Part shown: positions 10,930 to 19,004 of the stretch, piece after piece
Layout: every line of letters begins with the position of its first letter
Position numbering within the stretch: the first letter of the stretch is position 1
DNA from: an uncultured Anaerolineales bacterium
GTDB lineage: Bacteria; Chloroflexota; Anaerolineae; B4-G1; SLSP01
Reading direction: 5' to 3'
NCBI GenBank assembly: GCA_964530185.1
Contig: CAZHBB010000001.1
Span: 32,239 to 82,645, forward strand
Length of the DNA: 50,407 bases
The notes under the pieces: generated by a model
The model's input: only the letters and a program-made list of their open reading frames with translations
Databases searched by the model: none
What the model was told of the DNA's origin: nothing
Position numbers and translations under genes: made by a program

Positions 10930-12369
10930 ATGTCAGCAAATCGTCCCAATATCCTGTGGATCTGCACGGATCAGCAACGTTATGACACCATTGGCGCTTT
11001 GGGGAATGCCCACATCCATACGCCCAATCTCGATCGTCTTGTATCCGAGGGTGTGGCTTTCACTCGGGCCTATTCGCAGAGCCCGATCTGCACGCCCAGC
11101 CGCGCCAGTTTTCTGACGGGCAGGTACCCCAGCACAATCCATGTGAACCGCAACGGAGATGGTTGGTTCCCAGAACAGGCGCGTTTGATCACCCGCACGC
11201 TGCGTGACATCGGATATGACTGCGGATTGGCGGGCAAGCTTCACCTCACGGCTGCTCACGGCCGAGTCGAGTGGCTGCCGGAGGACGCCTATGGATACAC
11301 TTTCTTTCGCTGGAGTCATCACCCACATCCGGAGCGTTTCTGGCCCACGGAAGCCCATCATTATCAAGCGTGGCTGCGTGAACAGGGCGTGGTGTGGGAG
11401 GAGGCTTACAACGCGGACCTGGACAGCGCCTGGCACGTCCCGGGATATTGTCGTCCGGGTATTGCAGCCGAGTTTCATCAAACCACCTGGTGTTTCAATG
11501 AGGCGATCGCTTTCATCACAGAGGATCACCCAGGGCCGTGGTTGATGTCGATCAATCCATTTGATCCCCATCCCCCTTTCGATCCTCCCCTGAGTTATCT
11601 GGAGCGGATGGACTGGTCCCATATCCCCTTGCCCCTCTACCATGAAGGGGATCTCTCGCATCAGCTTCGCTTCCGGGGTATCGACCACCAGACGGAAGAT
11701 CCCCTGCCGCCTACGAGTTACGATGCCCGCCGGATGGTGGCAGCTTACTATGCGCAGATAGAGCTGATCGACGCTCAAGTGGGACGCCTGCTAGACGTCC
11801 TGGAGGCAACGGGACAGCGCGAGAACACGCTGATCATCTTCACCAGCGATCACGGCGAGATGCTTGGCGATCACGGGCTGCTGTGGAAGGGATGCCGTTT
11901 CTACGAGGGTGCCGTGCGCGTCCCTCTCATCTTCAGTTGGCCTGGGCAGTTCGTGGCTGGTGTCAGGAGTGAGGCGCTGGTGGGGTTGATCGATATCGTG
12001 CCCACGTTGCTGGAGACGTTGGGCCTGCCCATTTCATCTCACGTCCAGGGGCGCTCGCTGCTTTCTCTCTTAGAGGGTACAGTTGCTCCGACCGCTCATC
12101 GCAAGTTCGTGCGAAGTGAGTATCATGATGCCCTGGACCGTCCATATGCCAGCCATGCCAACATGATACGGACCGAGCGGTTCAAGCTGGTTGTCTATCA
12201 TGGGCATGATGTTGGGGAGCTCTATGATCTGGAGGAGGACCCGGACGAGTTCCATAACCTGTGGGATCTCCCTGCCTATCAGGATCTGAAGTGTGAGCTG
12301 ATGCGCCAACTGTTCGATGACATTATGCTCTCCGTCGATGAGGGCATCGACCGGGTGGGGCGTTTCTAG
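10930..12369 (+). CDS. Cys-type sulfatase family protein
   Basis: PNILWICTDQQR, CTPSR, GKLH, DPHPP and FTSDHG...WKG. ATG 10930 follows a GAGGAGG RBS. Confidence 0.9.
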   Translation: MSANRPNILWICTDQQRYDTIGALGNAHIHTPNLDRLVSEGVAFTRAYSQSPICTPSRASFLTGRYPSTIHVNRNGDGWFPEQARLITRTLRDIGYDCGLAGKLHLTAAHGRVEWLPEDAYGYTFFRWSHHPHPERFWPTEAHHYQAWLREQGVVWEEAYNADLDSAWHVPGYCRPGIAAEFHQTTWCFNEAIAFITEDHPGPWLMSINPFDPHPPFDPPLSYLERMDWSHIPLPLYHEGDLSHQLRFRGIDHQTEDPLPPTSYDARRMVAAYYAQIELIDAQVGRLLDVLEATGQRENTLIIFTSDHGEMLGDHGLLWKGCRFYEGAVRVPLIFSWPGQFVAGVRSEALVGLIDIVPTLLETLGLPISSHVQGRSLLSLLEGTVAPTAHRKFVRSEYHDALDRPYASHANMIRTERFKLVVYHGHDVGELYDLEEDPDEFHNLWDLPAYQDLKCELMRQLFDDIMLSVDEGIDRVGRF

Positions 12370-12393
12370 GATTTTGAACATAGTGTAACATCC

Positions 12394-13131
12394 ATGGGGG
12401 GACTAACAGTACGTCCGGATCTGGTGCATCGCTGGGACCTGGCGCCGCAAGAAGCGATAGCGCTTCAGAGGCGGTTGGCAGAGCGCGTGCGTCGCGAACC
12501 GGATCTGGGAGAGGTTCGCAGGGTTGCGGGTGTAGATGCCAGCTACCGCGACCAGACTGCCGTGGGTGCAGTCGTCGTCCTGGACTATCCGACGTTGACC
12601 GTGGTGGACTACGCCGTGGCTCGGTGTCCGGTGACTTACCCGTATGTGCCGGGCCTGCTGAGTTTCCGGGAGGCCCCAGCGGTGCTGCAGGCCCTGGCCC
12701 AGATCGAAGTGGTGCCGGATCTGCTCATCTTCGATGGACATGGCATCGCTCATCCACGCCGGTTGGGGCTTGCCAGTCACATTGGCGTGTTGTTGGATGT
12801 GCCATCCATTGGATGCGCCAAGAGGCGGCTGTGTGGGACTTATGAGATGCCGGGGACAGAGGCCGGCAGCGTGTCCCCGTTGTATGACAGGGACACCCAC
12901 GAAGTCATCGGCGCGGTGGTGAGAACTCGCACTGGCGTTAAGCCTGTGTTTGTCTCGATTGGGCATAGAGTTGACCTGGACACGGCTATTCACTATGTGT
13001 TGACGTGTTGCCGGGGGCGACGGTTGCCTGAGCCCACGCGGTGGGCTGATAAGGTCGCAGGTGGTCTTCGGCCCACTCTGGAGGGGCTTCGCGGCCTGGA
13101 TGGGAGCACAGAGAACGTAACACCTGCGTAG
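12394..13131 (+). CDS. nfi: Endonuclease V (deoxyinosine 3' endonuclease)
   Basis: AGVDASY, PYVPGLLSFRE, DGHGIAHPRRLGLASH, IGCAK and LPEPTRWAD. Confidence 0.95.
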   Translation: MGGLTVRPDLVHRWDLAPQEAIALQRRLAERVRREPDLGEVRRVAGVDASYRDQTAVGAVVVLDYPTLTVVDYAVARCPVTYPYVPGLLSFREAPAVLQALAQIEVVPDLLIFDGHGIAHPRRLGLASHIGVLLDVPSIGCAKRRLCGTYEMPGTEAGSVSPLYDRDTHEVIGAVVRTRTGVKPVFVSIGHRVDLDTAIHYVLTCCRGRRLPEPTRWADKVAGGLRPTLEGLRGLDGSTENVTPA

Positions 13132-13144
13132 ACAGGAGGGAGCA

Positions 13145-14302
13145 ATGGGGAACACTAGGTTGAAGTATGACATTACCAAGGATGACTTGAGCGCACTCCG
13201 AGGGGGAAGGCCCGTATTCGTGACGTTTGGGGAGGTGATGGTGCGCGATACCCCAGCGGATAAGGAACGACCGGAGCGCACGCGGTTGGTCCATTTATCG
13301 CTGGCAGGCAGCGAGTACACCCTGGCCATTGCACTGGCTCGCTTTGGGATTCCCAGCGCCTACATCACACGGGTCCCGGACAATCCCTATGGGCACATGG
13401 TGCGTAACGTGGCCCGTGAACATGGCGTGAACACGGATGACTTGGTGTGGGCCTCCAAAACGGAGCCTATTGGGCGTTTCATCTATGAGATAGGGCGCAC
13501 GCCTCGCAAGAATGTGGGCGTGTACCAGCGGATGTATTCCGCTGCCTCGCGTCTTGACGCGGGCATGGTGGACTGGGGGAAAGTGCTTGAGGGCTGCAAA
13601 CTGTTCCATACCTCGGGTATCACCTTTGGATTGGCGAACCATAGTGGCTATGCGCACAATGGGCCGTTGGCGGCATTTCAGGAAGCCATTCAGCACAAAC
13701 CAACCGACTGTTGGGTGGGCCTGGATTACAACTATCGCTCGACGCTTTGGTCCCCCGAACAGGCTCGAGAGGTGCTGACTCCCATCCTTACGGACTTCGT
13801 GGACATTCTCATCACCTCCATCGAGGATATGGCCAGGATCTATGGCTTTGGCTGCGGTCAATACTCGGCACAGCAGATCGTCGATGGCGATATCGGTCCT
13901 ATTGAGGATGATGACATCCGGGCCTTCGCGGTGGAGATCCATCGGCGCTTCCGCACACGTATCGTGGCCATCACCATCCGCTATCCAGACAACTTCGAGC
14001 AGCACCGTTGGGAATCGGCAGCCGTGGATGCCGACGGGAATTTCTTCCGTTCACCCGCGGTCAGACCGATCACCCTTTGGGACCGCCTGGGTGGTGGCGA
14101 TACCTGGAATGCCGGGTTCTATTATGGGTTGCTCTCAGAAGGGTTCACGCCTGCGGGCATCGAGAAGGGCGTGTTGGTGGGCGATGCGGCGACCCGCATC
14201 AAGCAGACATTGATGTTCGACCTGCCCATTGTGACCAAGGAGGAGGTCCAGGCGTTGTTGAGGGCCGATGTGCTGGGCGGGGGCAAGCGAACGGCGCGTT
14301 GA
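13145..14302 (+). CDS. kdgK: PfkB-family sugar kinase, 2-keto-3-deoxygluconate kinase-like
   Basis: TFGEVMVR, HTSGIT, DYNYRSTLWS and DRLGGGD. Adjacent to eda. Confidence 0.75.
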   Translation: MGNTRLKYDITKDDLSALRGGRPVFVTFGEVMVRDTPADKERPERTRLVHLSLAGSEYTLAIALARFGIPSAYITRVPDNPYGHMVRNVAREHGVNTDDLVWASKTEPIGRFIYEIGRTPRKNVGVYQRMYSAASRLDAGMVDWGKVLEGCKLFHTSGITFGLANHSGYAHNGPLAAFQEAIQHKPTDCWVGLDYNYRSTLWSPEQAREVLTPILTDFVDILITSIEDMARIYGFGCGQYSAQQIVDGDIGPIEDDDIRAFAVEIHRRFRTRIVAITIRYPDNFEQHRWESAAVDADGNFFRSPAVRPITLWDRLGGGDTWNAGFYYGLLSEGFTPAGIEKGVLVGDAATRIKQTLMFDLPIVTKEEVQALLRADVLGGGKRTAR

Positions 14303-14331
14303 ACTGACCCATACAGATGTAGAGGGAGGAA

Positions 14332-14982
14332 GTGATGGACAAGATGGAAAAGCTCGGTCTCATCCAGGAGACGGGGGTGATCGCGATCATGCGCGCCCAG
14401 AGTTCTGATCAGCTCATCGCGGCGGCTGATGCGATCCGTGCCGGTGGTGTGCGGGCGATCGAGGTGACGATGACCACGCCGGGTGCGTTGCAGGTCATCG
14501 AGGAGGCCAGCCGGCGCTATGGGGATGAGGTGCTGTTTGGAGCGGGTTCTGTGCTGGACGCTGAGACAGCCCGCGCTGCTCTCCTGGCGGGGGCGGGTTT
14601 CGTCGTGGCACCCACCTTGAACGTAGATGTGGTGGCGCTCTGTAACCGGTATGGTGTGCCGGTGGTTCCGGGTATCTTTACCCCCACCGAGGCTCTGACA
14701 GCCTGGGAGGCCGGCGCCGATATGGTGAAGCTCTTTCCTGCCAGCGTCGGAGGTCCGGCGATGATCAAGGCAATCCTCGCCCCACTGCCGCAGCTCAAAA
14801 TCGTGCCTGTGGGAGGCGTCAACCTGCAGACCGCAAGTGAATTCATCAGACAGGGCGCGGCGGCTTTGGGGGTGGGGAGCAGTCTGGTCAATCAGTCCCT
14901 GCTGGACCAGGGGGATATGGCAGAGCTGACGCGGCGTGCGGCGGCTTTCATTGAGGCGGTCAGGCTGGGACGGAGCCAGTAA
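14332..14982 (+). CDS. eda: KDPG/KHG aldolase
   Basis: IAIMR, IEVT, FGAGSV, TPTE, KLFPA (Schiff-base Lys) and VGGV. Confidence 0.92.
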   Translation: MMDKMEKLGLIQETGVIAIMRAQSSDQLIAAADAIRAGGVRAIEVTMTTPGALQVIEEASRRYGDEVLFGAGSVLDAETARAALLAGAGFVVAPTLNVDVVALCNRYGVPVVPGIFTPTEALTAWEAGADMVKLFPASVGGPAMIKAILAPLPQLKIVPVGGVNLQTASEFIRQGAAALGVGSSLVNQSLLDQGDMAELTRRAAAFIEAVRLGRSQ

Positions 14983-15012
14983 AGCTTGAGTCTTCTCACG
15001 ATAAGGATGTCG

Positions 15013-15042
15013 AGTGGGGGCTGCCCAAGGGCAGCCCCCACT
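15013..15042. terminator. Perfect 14-bp inverted repeat between convergent eda and the HAS-barrel gene
   Basis: AGTGGGGGCTGCCC-AA-GGGCAGCCCCCACT, with no U-tract. Confidence 0.6.
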
Positions 15043-15050
15043 GTGTCTGG

Positions 15051-15692
15051 CTATGTGGGACGTGCGGCTGTGTATAGGGACTCCAACCTGCGCAGAATCC
15101 GATCCAGGCGCACGGGGTCGCGCCCCAGGTAGCGTGCCAGATATCTCCCGGAATCCACCAGGAAGTGTTCGACCTCAGACGCGGGGCGAAGTGCGGCAGC
15201 CCGTTCCAGGGCCGCGGGGATGAGTTCATCGGTCGGTAAGTCTGGTGCGTCGAGCAAAGTGCGCATGAACTCAGGGGAGGCCGTGATGGCTTTTACCTCT
15301 TGATCAGAGCAGACCGCGATGCTGTATAACACCATGGGGGGCTGGGGAGGAAACCCGTAGATGAAAGATCCACCCCCAGCCATCCGATAGCCGATGGCCG
15401 CCACGGATATCTCTACAGGCAGGGCGCGGTTCTCGCGTTGGTCCTGGATCACCTCTGCATACTGCGGGTCGTCGGGCGCGATGGTGGCAGCCAGTGTGCG
15501 GAGGAAGGGGTCATCTTGAAGGCGGATGTTGTGAACGATGCCGATCAGGTCTGTCTGTCCCTGTTGGATCGGTGCGCGCACAAACGTGCCGAACGTCGGT
15601 ACCTCGGGCTCGGGAATGCGCGACGCCACCACGAACCCCCGGATATCTGCGCGTAGGACGTTGCCGATGACAATGGTATGATAGTTGGTCAT
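15051..15692 (-). CDS. Stand-alone HAS-barrel-like protein (HerA/NurA-associated)
   Basis: Real start is ATG 15692 (MTNYHTIVIGNVLRAD). Contains P.FGTFV, GIVHNI...DD, and IGY...PPQPP....I..C...E, which resembles the HerA N-terminal barrel. Lies directly downstream of nurA. Confidence 0.6.
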   Translation of the reverse strand: MTNYHTIVIGNVLRADIRGFVVASRIPEPEVPTFGTFVRAPIQQGQTDLIGIVHNIRLQDDPFLRTLAATIAPDDPQYAEVIQDQRENRALPVEISVAAIGYRMAGGGSFIYGFPPQPPMVLYSIAVCSDQEVKAITASPEFMRTLLDAPDLPTDELIPAALERAAALRPASEVEHFLVDSGRYLARYLGRDPVRLDRILRRLESLYTAARPT

Positions 15693-15724
15693 GGTTTCAC
15701 TCACTTCGTTGGGCCTTGTCAGGT

Positions 15725-16894
15725 CTATCGGTGGCTCAGAAGGGACTTTTGCTGTGCTTTGGCGGAGGGCTCTGTATAGAGTCCGTCCCGCAGTAGTTCG
15801 CGTTGTATGGCCTGCTCCAGGACTCCCTTGTCCCTGGACGTCACCAGTGCTTCCTCGTGGGCCCGGGCCAGGACATAGGGATACCCGCTCAGGACCTGCG
15901 CTTGATGCTGGAGGACGGACTGCAGCATATCCATGGCTTCCCGGTCCCGGGCTGCCCAGGCCGGTACCTCGACACGCGCCACTGAGGCCCCAGCCGGGCT
16001 TCCGAACTTCCCATAACACAGCCAGATCTCCTGGCCGGCAAGCGCGTGGAGCCGATTTGTTGCACTGAGGCGTGTGAACCACGCCGTCCGGCTGCCAGGC
16101 GTGAGCACCTGTTCCATGAGAGCTAGATCTGTGAGCCCCCGTAGGGGGAATTGCCCCGCGGGTTCCTCCGCTGCTCCCTCGGTGATTTGGCGGCTGACCC
16201 ATAGCAGCGTCAGCAAGAGGCGCCCTCCAGGACGATCGACATATCCCACAGGGATGGCCCCGACCTTTTGCAGGCGAGACAACGCCGATAGATAGCTCTT
16301 GAGGTGGCTCCCCTCGGCACTCCGTTCCATGTAGGGCCAGAGCAGAGGGCCATCGATCAGGACGATGATGGGCGCGACACTACGCGCTCTCTCCCTCTCG
16401 GCCAGCGCCGCAGCGACCTCCATCTCCTTTATGGATCTCTCAATGTTGAGGGTTTCGCTATCGATCAGGTAGCCATGAGCGTCGTAAAGATCCTCATCCT
16501 GGTATCGCAGCCATGCTCGGGTGTACGTCTCCGGCGCCTGTTGCGTGTAGCGAAAGAGCAGGGCGCCGATGTGCAAGAGGTAGTAGAGGAGCGGTGCGTG
16601 TCGATCGGGATAGATCTGAGAGCCATCGACGCCGATGGTGACGACCCGGCTGCGGTCCACACGGGGGCATGGGATCTGGATGGCCCACGGTGTGTCTTCG
16701 GCTGGTAGCAGGCCTATCCCGTTGGGGCCCTCGTCCACCAGGGGCAGGAGCCGGGTTCGTAGTTGGCTGTCTTCTGGGAGATCGCTCAGCCATCGCATGG
16801 CGAGTTTCAGGAGAGATGCGCGCAGTTGTTGGCGAGCGCCCGCCTGTCTCCGCATCTCAATGATGGCGTGGTGTAACTGCTCGATATGAAGCAT
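15725..16894 (-). CDS. nurA: NurA-family 5'-3' nuclease
   Basis: GVDGSQI.PDRH, LIDGPL, GYVD, ARVEVP.W and GYPYVLARAHE.A.V, all typical NurA motifs. Confidence 0.85.
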   Translation of the reverse strand: MLHIEQLHHAIIEMRRQAGARQQLRASLLKLAMRWLSDLPEDSQLRTRLLPLVDEGPNGIGLLPAEDTPWAIQIPCPRVDRSRVVTIGVDGSQIYPDRHAPLLYYLLHIGALLFRYTQQAPETYTRAWLRYQDEDLYDAHGYLIDSETLNIERSIKEMEVAAALAERERARSVAPIIVLIDGPLLWPYMERSAEGSHLKSYLSALSRLQKVGAIPVGYVDRPGGRLLLTLLWVSRQITEGAAEEPAGQFPLRGLTDLALMEQVLTPGSRTAWFTRLSATNRLHALAGQEIWLCYGKFGSPAGASVARVEVPAWAARDREAMDMLQSVLQHQAQVLSGYPYVLARAHEEALVTSRDKGVLEQAIQRELLRDGLYTEPSAKAQQKSLLSHR

Positions 16895-16900
16895 GACTGC

Positions 16901-16928
16901 ATTATAGCGGCATCATGGTCGCAATCAA
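16901..16928 (-). promoter_or_regulatory. sigma70 promoter giving a probable leaderless nurA mRNA
   Basis: Minus-strand TTGATT-16 nt-TATAAT, then 6 nt (GCAGTC), then ATG. No SD sequence. Confidence 0.55.
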
Positions 16929-17162
16929 AGCGTCCTTGGGGGGCCGTAGCCCCGCATGTTCCTGGTGCGATGGTGACACTCTGTACCATGCAGATGTTTC
17001 TCCATGCGGAGAGCGGCTTTGCGACAAGGGTGCGAATCACGGCCCACGCTGGACCCTGGTAGAACTGCTCGACACTTAAGGAATACACAGCGGTTGAGGG
17101 GACATTCAAAAAGAGATACAAAGATATGACTTTGAGATATTTGTTGGATGACTTTTAGGCTA

Positions 17163-17191
17163 TTGCATCGTTTTGGGGTTTGTTGTATAAT
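17163..17191 (+). promoter_or_regulatory. sigma70 promoter of the dcw operon (Pmra)
   Basis: TTGCAT (17163-17168), 17-nt spacer, TATAAT (17186-17191). Confidence 0.75.
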
Positions 17192-17192
17192 G

Positions 17193-17227
17193 GTGGAAGA
17201 TTGTGGGGCAAAGTGGGGCGTCGTGGC
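17193..17227 (+). promoter_or_regulatory. MraZ-binding direct repeats
   Basis: GTGG cores at 17193, 17203, 17213 and 17223 (exact 10-nt period) immediately after the -10 box and upstream of mraZ. Confidence 0.8.
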
Positions 17228-17270
17228 TCTACTGCCCATGTCGTCGTCTAGGACCCCTAGGTGGTGAATC

Positions 17271-17708
17271 GTGTACTTGGGCCAGTACACCTATATGCTG
17301 GATGACAAGGGACGGCTAACCATCCCCTCTCGCTATCGAGAGGAGTTGCCCTCTGAGGTTGTCGTAACTCGTGGTATGGATCGGTGTCTGGCCCTCTATC
17401 CACCGCGAGTCTGGCAGGAGCTCAGCGACAAAGTGACGTCACTGCCACTCACCAATCCTCGGGGGCGGGCTCTGCGACGACATTTCTTTGCGCCAGCGGC
17501 AAACCTCGAGCTCGACCGCCAGGGCCGAATCTTGATCCCTGAGCATCTGCGGGAATACGCTGGGCTAGACTTGTCATCTGAGGTCCTTGTCATTGGACTC
17601 TACAACTTCATCGAGCTCTGGAATCCGCAGCGCTGGCATGATCAGAACGAGCAACAGTTGGCTGAGCTTGACGAGGACCACGGGATATGGGAAGGCGTGG
17701 ACATCTAG
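17271..17708 (+). CDS. mraZ: Transcriptional regulator MraZ
   Basis: Two DxxGR motifs (LDDKGRL, LDRQGRI) and IELW. First gene of the dcw cluster. Confidence 0.95.
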   Translation: MYLGQYTYMLDDKGRLTIPSRYREELPSEVVVTRGMDRCLALYPPRVWQELSDKVTSLPLTNPRGRALRRHFFAPAANLELDRQGRILIPEHLREYAGLDLSSEVLVIGLYNFIELWNPQRWHDQNEQQLAELDEDHGIWEGVDI

Positions 17709-18634
17709 ATCCGTCTCCGGTGGGTCATGTCCCGGTCTTGCTTCAAGAAGTGGTGAAAGGCCTGGCCGTAGGGCCTGGGGGACGTTACCTTGATGCGACG
17801 GTAGGAGGCGGTGGGCATGCGGCGGCTATCCTGGAGGCCAGTGCTCCCACGGGGACTTTGCTTGGGCTTGACCGTGACCCAGAGGCTGTGGCGCGGGCAT
17901 CGGCGCGACTGGCCTGCTATGGTGACCGTGCGAAGGTCATCCATGCCTCCTACGGTGATCTTCTAGCCGTTGCTCAGAGAGAAGGGGTCACCCCGCTGGA
18001 TGGGGTGCTCTTTGATCTGGGGTTTTCGTCCTGGCAGATCCAGGATGCCCAACGGGGGTTCGCCTTTCAGGTGGATGGGCCGTTGGACATGCGTTTCGAT
18101 CCTGGTTCTGAGTCGCCTACGGCGGCTGATCTGGTCAATGAGAGTTCTTTGGAGACGCTGGTTGATCTGTTGCGTCGCTATGGCGAGGAACCACGCGCTA
18201 TGGCTATCGCACAAGCCATCGTGCGAGCTCGTCCTATTCTTTCGACGCGGCAGCTCGCGGAGGTGGTTGCACGCGCAGTTGGGCGGCGGGGACGGGTTCA
18301 TCCGGCAACGCGGACGTTCCAGGCTTTGCGGATAGCTGTGAATCGGGAGTTGGAGATCTTGGAGAGGGCTCTGCCGCAGGCATTGATGGCTTTGAAGCCG
18401 GGCGGTCGACTGGCTGTGATAAGTTTTCATTCCCTGGAGGATCGGATTGTCAAGCGTTTTTTCCAGCAGGAGGCGCGTGATTGCATCTGCCCACCGGAGT
18501 TGCCTGTATGTCAGTGTCACCATCGTAGGACCATACAGTTGCTGGTGCGGAAGCCGATTGTGCCGTCTCCCGAGGAGGTTGAGGCCAATCCGCGGAGTCG
18601 CAGTGCGAAGCTGAGGATCGTGGAGCGGCTTTGA
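17687..18634 (+). CDS. rsmH: 16S rRNA m4C1402 methyltransferase RsmH
   Basis: HVPVLL, DATVGGGGHA, DLGFSS, PLDMR, FQALRI.VN.EL, SFHSLEDR and NPRSRSAKLR. Exact start uncertain. Confidence 0.95.
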   Translation: MGRRGHLDPSPVGHVPVLLQEVVKGLAVGPGGRYLDATVGGGGHAAAILEASAPTGTLLGLDRDPEAVARASARLACYGDRAKVIHASYGDLLAVAQREGVTPLDGVLFDLGFSSWQIQDAQRGFAFQVDGPLDMRFDPGSESPTAADLVNESSLETLVDLLRRYGEEPRAMAIAQAIVRARPILSTRQLAEVVARAVGRRGRVHPATRTFQALRIAVNRELEILERALPQALMALKPGGRLAVISFHSLEDRIVKRFFQQEARDCICPPELPVCQCHHRRTIQLLVRKPIVPSPEEVEANPRSRSAKLRIVERL

Positions 18635-18675
18635 TCGGGGTTGATGTGTGAGAGCGTAATGGAGTAGTTAGAGAT

Positions 18676-19002
18676 ATGGGTGCGGTGTGGCAAAAGGAGA
18701 TGCATGGCGTGCGGCGGCGGACGGAGCCCCTGGATCGCGCGGCTATGGCCCGTCTCCTTCTGCTGATCGCGATCGTTGTGGTCCTTGCGTTTGTCTACAT
18801 GGGCGTTCTGTGGAGCACGGCACGGTTGGGTGGGGAGCTCTGGGCTTTGAATGAGCGGTTGATAGAGATTCAGCGACAGAATAGTCTCATCGAGGCGGAG
18901 ATCGCCAGGCTCAGCTCAATCCCGGTGCTGCAGGTGCGTTCTGTTGAACTGGGCTATGTGCCGGCAGAGCAGGTAGAGTACCTGATTGTGGGAGGACGTT
19001 GA
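18676..19002 (+). CDS. ftsL: Cell division protein FtsL-like
   Basis: Single TM helix followed by a heptad coiled coil and A..LG-like end (VELGY). Lies between rsmH and ftsI. Confidence 0.7.
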   Translation: MGAVWQKEMHGVRRRTEPLDRAAMARLLLLIAIVVVLAFVYMGVLWSTARLGGELWALNERLIEIQRQNSLIEAEIARLSSIPVLQVRSVELGYVPAEQVEYLIVGGR

Positions 19003-19004
19003 GT

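Noticed and set aside
15693-16202. 170-codon upstream extension of the HAS-barrel ORF overlapping nurA (possible frameshift fusion)
   Set aside because: The extension is low-complexity G/P/R-rich sequence in an alternative frame of nurA. NurA keeps its own conserved C-terminal motif, no slippery site is evident, and open alternative frames are common at high GC.
12370-17100. LexA-type GAAC-N4-GTTC boxes upstream of nfi or nurA
   Set aside because: Only half-sites were found (for example GAACATAGTGTA and GAACTGCTCGAC); no convincing match.
16807-17290. Small ORFs in the nurA-mraZ intergenic region
   Set aside because: They overlap promoters and MraZ boxes, have no RBS and show no protein-like features.
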